Below, in pieces: positions 54,783 through 61,296 of a DNA stretch of 61,296 nucleotides. The translations under genes were made by a program, and so were the position numbers. The notes under the pieces were generated by a model, which did no database searches, was not told the origin of the DNA, and saw only the letters and a list, made by a program, of their open reading frames with translations. Origin of the DNA: a virus (taxonomy: Duplodnaviria > Caudoviricetes); IMG/VR virus record IMGVR_UViG_3300046836_000468, positions 1 through 61,296 of that record. One strand, given 5' to 3'. Position 1 is the stretch's first letter. The number at the start of each line of letters is the position of its first letter.

Positions 54783-56124
54783 CAAGCCCAAGCTCAAGCC
54801 CAAGCGCCCTCGCCTGCGCGCGCCAGCCGCGCCGCGCGTCGGGCCGACGCCGCTCAGGGTCTACCGCGCCGAGCTCTCGAAGCTGCTCGGTGCTGTGCAG
54901 CGCGGCGAGCTCGAGCTCGAGGCGGCGCACGCGCAGCTCGCCAAGAACGTGCTCGCCCAGCTGCCCGAGGCCGTCAAGGGGCGCCGCTCGACCGCAGAGC
55001 TCGAGGCAATCTTCGACGCCGAGTTTGCGAAGACCTTCCCCGCGCGCGTGCGCATCGTGCGGCAGTCCATCCGCGCAGGCGCAGACGCCGGCCCCGCTGC
55101 CAGTCAGCAGACGTTCCGCGCCGTGATGGGCGACGAGGTGCTCGACGCGCAGGTCCGCGCGACGTCTGCAGCCATGTCCGAAGCTGCAGACCGCATCGCC
55201 GGGCGCATCACCGTCGACAAGGTCGGGCTGACCAAGCGCATGCGGCGCGTCGACCGCGAGGTCTCGCAGCAGATGGCAACCGAGGTGCAGCGCGGCATCA
55301 GGCAGAAGCGCGGCATCCTCGGCGCAGCGCGCAAGATCGAGCGCATCGACCCGCGCGCCGTCGAGCTCCCCCAGTACCTACAGGACCTCGAGGCCGCCGC
55401 ACGCGCAGGCGACAAGGGCGCGGTGCGCGACATTGCGCGCAGCTACGCGGGGCGCATCGCCAAGCTGGGCGAGGCGCAGACAGACGGCACGTTCATCGCG
55501 AGCAAGTACAGCCTCAAGAGCGCGACCAAGAAGTTCGTGCGCGAGGTGCAGACCGCCAGCGACAGCCAGCTCGACAGCGTCGTCAAGCGCTACGTCCAAG
55601 ACAAGCTCGCCTTCCAGGCCAACCGCATCGCACGCTCCGAGACGGTCGAGGCGATGCGCCAGAGCTACGTCAAGCAGACTGCAGACAAGCCCGGCGTGGT
55701 CTGCTTCGAGTGGCGGCTGAGCAACCGGCACGAGGCGGCGTTGCACGGCGGCTCGAAGATGGACGTCTGCGACATCCTCGCGAACCAGAACGCGTACGGC
55801 CTCGGGCCTGGGCGCTACCCGGCTGAGCACGTGCCCGCGATGCCGCACCCGAATTGCCTCTGCACGGTGCACGCCGTCATCGACCGCAAGTTCTTCGACC
55901 GCCCTGCAGACGAGGATGGCCAGGTGCCCGAGGACATGCAAGACCACGAGTCGCCCGACGCGGCCGGCTGGCTCGCTGCGAACCCGGACAAGGCGCGCGC
56001 CATCCTCGGTCCGACGCGGCATGCGCTGCTCGAGAAGGGCGTGCCGGTGCTCGAGCCGACCGGGCAACCCAAGCGCGTCGGCGACCTGCTCAAGCCCGGC
56101 GCCCGCAAGGCAGTCCCGCGGTGA
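54775..56124 (+). CDS. Minor head morphogenesis protein (Mu gpF / SPP1 gp7-like)
   Basis: ANRIARSET, DVCD..A and PHPNCLC motifs. Confidence 0.85.
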   Translation: MADKPKLKPKRPRLRAPAAPRVGPTPLRVYRAELSKLLGAVQRGELELEAAHAQLAKNVLAQLPEAVKGRRSTAELEAIFDAEFAKTFPARVRIVRQSIRAGADAGPAASQQTFRAVMGDEVLDAQVRATSAAMSEAADRIAGRITVDKVGLTKRMRRVDREVSQQMATEVQRGIRQKRGILGAARKIERIDPRAVELPQYLQDLEAAARAGDKGAVRDIARSYAGRIAKLGEAQTDGTFIASKYSLKSATKKFVREVQTASDSQLDSVVKRYVQDKLAFQANRIARSETVEAMRQSYVKQTADKPGVVCFEWRLSNRHEAALHGGSKMDVCDILANQNAYGLGPGRYPAEHVPAMPHPNCLCTVHAVIDRKFFDRPADEDGQVPEDMQDHESPDAAGWLAANPDKARAILGPTRHALLEKGVPVLEPTGQPKRVGDLLKPGARKAVPR

Positions 56125-56296
56125 CCCTGCTCGCGCTCGACCTGCTGGTCGGCGTGCTCATCGTCTGGGGCCACCTGCACGTCGAGTCGCGCTACTGGCC
56201 CGCCGTCGCGCTGTTCTGGGCGCTCGAGTGCGCCGTCGACGCCTGGGCGTACTGCGCGACCCGCGCCCGGCAGCGGCGCCGCTGAGCGTCTGCGCC

Positions 56297-56435
56297 AGGT
56301 CGCACGCGAGATACCTGTGCCGGGCTTGTTATTGCTCGCTCGGGGCGCTGTGAGAGCATCCGCGCCAGCGCTGGCAGCTCCCACCCGTGGGCTGCCGAGA
56401 GCGCGTGTTCGCACGGGGAACACCGGCTCTGCCGG
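56297..56435 (+). promoter_or_regulatory. Candidate promoter and structured leader of the scaffold/capsid operon
   Basis: AGGTCGCACGC..TTGTTAT, then hairpins at 56373-56396, 56405-56423 and 56423-56435. Confidence 0.45.
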
Positions 56436-56451
56436 GGAGACGAGACCACCC

Positions 56452-57300
56452 ATGACCACGCCCTTCAAGCACGCCCGCAGTCACGCGTACGCCGCCAGCG
56501 CCTTCGAGCGCGAGGCGTTCGACCCGCTGTGCATGCGCGAGCCCATCGTCCGCAGCGCGACTGTCTGCAACGCCTCGCCGCTGTTCGCACTGCGCGACGT
56601 GCTGCGCGCACCGGACGGCGACCCTGCCCCAGGCGGGCAGACGTTCTCGCAGGAGCAGGTCAACGCGATCGTGCAGGAGCGCGTGGGCAAGCTCAAGGTG
56701 CAGCTCGACGCGGCGACCGCTGCGCTGAGCGAGCTCGACAGCATCAAGACGCGCCTGGCCGAGGCGGACGCTGCACGCGAGGAGCAGCTCGAGCAGGAGA
56801 AGCTCAAGGGCAAGAGCGAGCTCGAGAAGCTGCAGCACAACCTGCAGAAGAGCACCGAGAAGCAAAAACAGCTCGAGGCGGACTGGCAGGCCAAGGTCCT
56901 CGCCGCCGAGCAGAACGCCGCCAAGGCAGCAGACGCGCACCGGGGCTACGTGCAGCGCCACCTGGTCTCGAGCGCGCTGGTCGACGCGGGCATCGCCAAG
57001 GGCGCGAGCAAGGCCGCAACGCTCACGTTCCTGTCCGAAGCGCAGATCGAGCTCGACGACAACCTCGAGCCGAAGTCCGTAGCCGTCGGCGGCAAGAGCT
57101 TCGCCAAGCTCGCCGAGGCGGCCAAGCAGTACCTCGCAGACAACCCGTTCTTCGCAGGCAAGAGCGACGGCGGCTCGGGCGCACCGCGCTCGCCGCTCCA
57201 CGGCAACGGCGCTCCGCAGAGCGTCGACCAGATCGCCAACCTCGACGGCCTGCTCTCGGCAGGTCTCAGCGCACAAGCAGCAGCAAGCAAGTCCTCGTAA
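56452..57300 (+). CDS. Capsid scaffolding protein
   Basis: TFSQEQVNAIVQERV, KSELEKL coiled coil and YLADNPFF..GGSGA motifs. Confidence 0.85.
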   Translation: MTTPFKHARSHAYAASAFEREAFDPLCMREPIVRSATVCNASPLFALRDVLRAPDGDPAPGGQTFSQEQVNAIVQERVGKLKVQLDAATAALSELDSIKTRLAEADAAREEQLEQEKLKGKSELEKLQHNLQKSTEKQKQLEADWQAKVLAAEQNAAKAADAHRGYVQRHLVSSALVDAGIAKGASKAATLTFLSEAQIELDDNLEPKSVAVGGKSFAKLAEAAKQYLADNPFFAGKSDGGSGAPRSPLHGNGAPQSVDQIANLDGLLSAGLSAQAAASKSS

Positions 57301-57356
57301 CCAGACCCGCGTGATTGCAGGCGGGCAGAAACACTCAGACAGGAGAGTCACCCGCC

Positions 57357-58628
57357 ATGGCATTTACCCTCTACGAGGCGGCGAAGATCGCCCGCAACCC
57401 GCTCACTCGCGGCGTCTTCTTGGGCATCGCGGTCACCAACGAGCTCTTCAGCCGAATGCAGTTCGTGCCGAAGTCGGGCTCCGCGTGGACCTACCCTCGC
57501 GAGAAGGCGCTGCCCACGATCGAGTTCGTCGACCCGGCCAACCCAGTCACCGTCGAGTCGTCCGCGACGTTCGACGACGTGACGGTGCCGCTGCGTCTCA
57601 TCGAGACCGACGTCGACGTGCTCAACACGGTGCTCAACCAGACCGACCCGAACGGCGACCCGCGCGCCATCCAGCTCAAGCAGAAGCTCAAGGCCCTCGG
57701 CATGAAGCTGCAGGACCGCATGCTCGGCGGCGGCTACGTGACGAGCGCAGTCTTCGACCGCCCTGCCGTCTCGCCCGCTCTCGCGCTCGTGTTCGTCAGC
57801 GCCAGCGCGCACACGGACTCGACGCGCTTTGGACCGGGCGACATCAAGTACACGCACGCCGGCACGCTCTGGAGCTACCGCGCGCCTGGCGATCGCACGT
57901 TCGGCACGCCCGTCGCAGTCGCTGCGAACAGCACCAACGTCGTGCTGAGCAGCGACAACCCGAACAAGAAGATCGTCCTCAACATCACGGTCGCCTCGGC
58001 GACTGCAGACGGCGTCGTGTCGGTCAGCTTCGCGACGACCACGCACGAGTTCGACGGCCTGCCCAAGCTCATCCCTGCGTCGCAGACCATCCCGTCGACG
58101 GGCACGGACGGCGACGCGCTGACCTTCGACGTGCTCGACCAGCTGCTGTTCGAGAAGCTCAAGGAGCGCGGCAATGCGGCGTTCTTCATGAACGCCAAGC
58201 TCAAGCGCAAGTTCATGGCGCTCGCACGTAGCGCTGCAGGCGGCATGACGCCCGAGCAGCTCTCCATCGGCGTGCTGGGCATGAACGGGCAGCCCGCGCA
58301 GATTCTGGTGCCGCAGTACAACGGCATCCCGATCTTTCAGGTCGACGACGTGCCGAGCAACGAGGCCAAGGGCGCAAGCACCAACCTCTCGTCGGTCTAC
58401 ATCGCGAGCCTCGAGGCCGAGGTCGGTCTGTACTTCGGCGTGCAGCAGCAGTCCGAGCAGGCGCTCGCGGCGCTCACGCCGTACGACGCGGTCATCGGCG
58501 GCGTCAAGATGTACGACATCGGCCAGCTCGAGGGCAAGGCCGCCTTCCGCACGCGCGTCGAGTGGTACGGGTCGCTTGCGCTCGGCAGCGAGTACGCAGC
58601 GGCGCGCGCCTCCGAAATCAAGACCTGA
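57357..58628 (+). CDS. Major capsid protein with about 100-aa internal insertion
   Basis: MAFTLYEAAK, DVD, EFDGL, YNGIPI, SSVY and RTRVEWY motifs; follows the scaffold gene. Confidence 0.88.
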   Translation: MAFTLYEAAKIARNPLTRGVFLGIAVTNELFSRMQFVPKSGSAWTYPREKALPTIEFVDPANPVTVESSATFDDVTVPLRLIETDVDVLNTVLNQTDPNGDPRAIQLKQKLKALGMKLQDRMLGGGYVTSAVFDRPAVSPALALVFVSASAHTDSTRFGPGDIKYTHAGTLWSYRAPGDRTFGTPVAVAANSTNVVLSSDNPNKKIVLNITVASATADGVVSVSFATTTHEFDGLPKLIPASQTIPSTGTDGDALTFDVLDQLLFEKLKERGNAAFFMNAKLKRKFMALARSAAGGMTPEQLSIGVLGMNGQPAQILVPQYNGIPIFQVDDVPSNEAKGASTNLSSVYIASLEAEVGLYFGVQQQSEQALAALTPYDAVIGGVKMYDIGQLEGKAAFRTRVEWYGSLALGSEYAAARASEIKT

Positions 58629-58676
58629 CCAACCGCAAGCGCTGCGCGCGCTGGCTGCGCAGCTCGGAGCTCGACC

Positions 58677-59567
58677 ATGGGACTAGCGCTAGACGACGTG
58701 CCGTATGAGCCGGCGACCGAGTACACCGATCGCTGGGTGTTCGCGCTCAGCGACACGCTCGAGGGCGAGCACGGCGGCACGTTCTTCGAGGCAGGCGTAG
58801 CGACGCGCCCGGTCGACGTGCGCGGCCTGCGCAAGTTCATCTGCGCGCACATCGTGCTCGGCGCGCTGCGCGTCGAGGGCGCGCCGCTCGAGCTCGGCGA
58901 CACCAGCAAGCTCGTGGGCGATGGCGGCGAGGAGGGCGAGGGCGAGGGCGAGGGCGAGACCGACCCGAACGCGCCCACGGGCGGCACGCTGCCCGCCATC
59001 CCTGGCATCGACAACGCGCTGCCGGGGGAACAGCCCGGCATCGACAACACGCTGCCGCCCGAAGTGCCGCCCATCGGCACGACGCTGCCGACGCGCCCTG
59101 GCGTCGACAACGAGCTGCCAGGCGAGCAGCCCGGCATCGACAACGAGCTCCCGCCTGAGCGTCCGCCCATCGGCGCGACGCTGCCCGAGGGGCCCGGTCC
59201 TGACAACACGCTGCCCAGGCCAGAGCTGCCTGACGAGCTGCCGCCTGTCGGCGTGACGCTGCCTGAGCGCCCCGAGGGCGGCACGCTGCCGTCCATTCCC
59301 GAGGCTGGGCAGGAGCTGCCCGACCCCGAGCCCATCCCGGACAACGAGCTGCCAGGCGAGCGCCCGCCCGTAGGCGCGACGCTGCCGACGCGCCCCGGCA
59401 TCGACAACGAGCTGCCGCCCGAGCCCGATCCTGCGCCCGAGCTCGAGCGCCTGCGCGAGCAGGAGCGCGCCCGCGAGCGCGAGCGTCGGCGCGAGCACGA
59501 GAAGCCCGTCCCGCCGCCCCACACGCCCAGCTGGAGCGAGAAGCTCAAGGGCAAGAAGGGCAAGTGA
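58677..59567 (+). CDS. Post-capsid protein with Pro-rich DNELP repeat cassette
   Basis: Small N-terminal domain (GTFFEAGVAT) plus about 7 DNxLP repeats similar to those at 2-784. Confidence 0.75.
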   Translation: MGLALDDVPYEPATEYTDRWVFALSDTLEGEHGGTFFEAGVATRPVDVRGLRKFICAHIVLGALRVEGAPLELGDTSKLVGDGGEEGEGEGEGETDPNAPTGGTLPAIPGIDNALPGEQPGIDNTLPPEVPPIGTTLPTRPGVDNELPGEQPGIDNELPPERPPIGATLPEGPGPDNTLPRPELPDELPPVGVTLPERPEGGTLPSIPEAGQELPDPEPIPDNELPGERPPVGATLPTRPGIDNELPPEPDPAPELERLREQERARERERRREHEKPVPPPHTPSWSEKLKGKKGK

Positions 59568-59568
59568 C

Positions 59569-59970
59569 GTGATCAGCATCGTCGCCGACTTCGACGCCTT
59601 CCATGCTGCGTTCGCGCAGCTCGAGGGCGCGATGCGCAAGCGCCTCGAGCAGGGTCTTGACCTGACGCTCGAGAGCATCGCCGCGCACGCGAAGCTGACG
59701 ACGACGTTCACCGACCGCACGGGCGCGCTGCGCAACTCCATCCAGTCAGACGGCGTGACGGTGACCGGCAACGGCGAGATGTTCGGCATCGTCAGCTTCG
59801 CCGCGACAAGCCAGGACGGCTACCTGTACGGGCTGGCGCAGGAGTTCGGCACGCGCACCGGCGTGACCGAGAAGCGCTTCATCCGCGACGCCATCGATGC
59901 CGAGGATGGCGACATCCTCGAGAGCGCCATGGGCCGCGCCTTCAAAGACTGCGGCTTCGAGGTGCGCTGA
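59569..59970 (+). CDS. HK97 gp10-like neck / tail-completion protein
   Basis: DRTGALRNSI, YGLAQEFGT and RFIRDA motifs. Confidence 0.78.
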   Translation: MISIVADFDAFHAAFAQLEGAMRKRLEQGLDLTLESIAAHAKLTTTFTDRTGALRNSIQSDGVTVTGNGEMFGIVSFAATSQDGYLYGLAQEFGTRTGVTEKRFIRDAIDAEDGDILESAMGRAFKDCGFEVR

Positions 59971-60362
59971 TGGCACTCGCGGTCGACAGCATCTGCACCG
60001 ACACGGACCTGGCCAACCAGGTCGGCGGGCTGTCCGAGCTCAACCGCATCAACAAGGACCAGCCGACGCGCGACGTGTTCCGGCAGGCCGCGCTCGCAGA
60101 CGCCATCGCAGCGCTCGCCTCGCGCGCGCCGCCCTTGCACGAGACCGACCTCGCCAACCCGGTCGAGCTCAAGCTCGCCGTCTGCTACCGGGCACTGAGC
60201 AAGATCTACTTCGCGGCGATGGCCGCGCAGGACGACCGCAACCACACGCTCGCGCGCAACTACGAGCGCGAGTACCTCGGCGCGATTCACGGACGCTTCA
60301 CGCCCGCAAGCGGCGGCGGCGGCGCGGTCGGCGGCTCCACCTTCCCATTCGAGCGGAGGTGA
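59970..60362 (+). CDS. Head-tail adaptor (Mu gp36 / gp6-like)
   Basis: ICTDTDL N-terminus and LKLAVCYRAL helix; size and position. Confidence 0.6.
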   Translation: MALAVDSICTDTDLANQVGGLSELNRINKDQPTRDVFRQAALADAIAALASRAPPLHETDLANPVELKLAVCYRALSKIYFAAMAAQDDRNHTLARNYEREYLGAIHGRFTPASGGGGAVGGSTFPFERR

Positions 60363-60365
60363 CCC

Positions 60366-61073
60366 GTGGCCGATAACGCGCTCGACGTCATCCCCGACCC
60401 GCTCGTCACGCCCGTGCTGGCGCTGCTCTACGACGCCATCAACGCTGACCTCGCGATCGACATGGCCGCAGCCGGCGTGCCTGTCGAGAACGCCGTCAGC
60501 ACGACGTCGCACGTGCCGTTCACGCTGACCATGGTGGGCGCAGGCGCGCTGCCGGCGCTGCACTGCTATCGCGTCCGGTCGCGCTCGAGCCAGCAGACCG
60601 TGCAGTGGGTCAATCACACGAGCACGCTGCAGTTCGTGTACGCGACGCCGGCGGCGGGGCGCGAGCAGCTCGACGTGCGCTGGCCGCTGCTCGACCGCGT
60701 CTGGCACGCGATGCTGCGCGCGCTCAAGCGCGGCTACCACCCGGCGCACGCGGACGGCGGCGACGTGCTGCTCGAGGCGGGCGTCATCCGCATTGATCTC
60801 TCGACCGCCATCAAGCGCGAGGCGTTCATCGAGGCAGGTCAGCAGACCTTCCCCGGCTTCGTGGCGGAGATCGACGTGGTCTGGCGCGATGCGAACGACG
60901 TCGACCAGGGCCCGTTCTACCCGGCGCTGAGCTTCGACGCGCTGCTCTTCACCGACCGTCCGGTCGACACGGAGACCGAGGCCGACGTGCACGCGCGCGC
61001 CGTGCTGCCTGCGGGCGTACCGCCCGGAAAAGACTTTCCACCACCTGACGACTGGAGTCTCGACAATGGCTGA
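60366..61073 (+). CDS. Tail terminator-like protein
   Basis: LPALHCYR motif; position before the gp38-like and sheath genes. Confidence 0.55.
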   Translation: MADNALDVIPDPLVTPVLALLYDAINADLAIDMAAAGVPVENAVSTTSHVPFTLTMVGAGALPALHCYRVRSRSSQQTVQWVNHTSTLQFVYATPAAGREQLDVRWPLLDRVWHAMLRALKRGYHPAHADGGDVLLEAGVIRIDLSTAIKREAFIEAGQQTFPGFVAEIDVVWRDANDVDQGPFYPALSFDALLFTDRPVDTETEADVHARAVLPAGVPPGKDFPPPDDWSLDNG

Positions 61074-61296
61074 TACGCTCAGAGTCCGCGCCGTCGAAGG
61101 GCGCTTGCTGCAGTGGGAGGGCGACGCGCATCGCGGCTACGTCGGCTGGTCGACTGCGCCTGCGGGCGCGGCGTACGACCACGAGATTGACGGCGTCGTG
61201 AAGCTGGCGATGAGCGAGGCGCCCGTCGACGTGCCCAACACGATCTACTACCGCAAGGCGCTGTCGTGCGGCGACCTCGACGACGCGACGGGCGAG
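61066..61296 (+). CDS. 5' part of the gp38/DUF2635-like gene (continues at 128-784)
   Basis: GGAG RBS; MADTLRVRAVEGRLL.. in frame through the terminal overlap. Confidence 0.7.
   Translation, partial: MADTLRVRAVEGRLLQWEGDAHRGYVGWSTAPAGAAYDHEIDGVVKLAMSEAPVDVPNTIYYRKALSCGDLDDATGE
61170..61296. repeat. Terminal direct repeat (assembly overlap), right copy
   Basis: Identical to 1-127. Confidence 0.95.

Noticed and set aside
1-61296. tRNA, rRNA, IS transposase or Mu transposase genes
   Set aside because: No cloverleaf or T-loop motif and no DDE transposase were recognised by eye. tRNAscan-SE or ISEScan would be decisive.

Overview
This window is a complete, circularly permuted, very GC-rich temperate myovirus genome of 61,169 bp. 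Bases 1-127 repeat exactly at 61170-61296, and a gene reads through the junction. It carries a Mu-like contractile tail and baseplate (~788-18774), terminase, portal and head genes (~47996-61296), and a cI/cro-type switch with recombination and replication genes (~38254-46296). A divergent rep / parA / small partner cassette with 9-bp-periodic GTAC centromere-like arrays, plus a Cre-like recombinase, points to a phage-plasmid lifestyle. A Myxococcota-like host is a weak inference from GC content and the PDAG linkers in a secreted protein. The most striking element lies between the portal and gpF genes (52979-54310). It consists of a stand-alone RAMP/Cas7-like gene, a coupled accessory gene, and a non-coding tract of two units built from 5-nt periodic RRC-NN pentamers, each ending in the same tail and a hairpin. 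No CRISPR array or other cas gene is visible, so this is a candidate phage-encoded RNA-guided system using a non-contiguous dinucleotide guide code. Other notable items are a ParB / ABC-ATPase-GNAT / formyltransferase putative DNA-modification operon, five RHH paralogs, three YkgJ-like Cys-cluster genes, a membrane-anchored GH5 hydrolase, and a Pro-rich DNELP repeat cassette on two virion-region proteins. All family calls come from motif recognition by eye; no searches were run.
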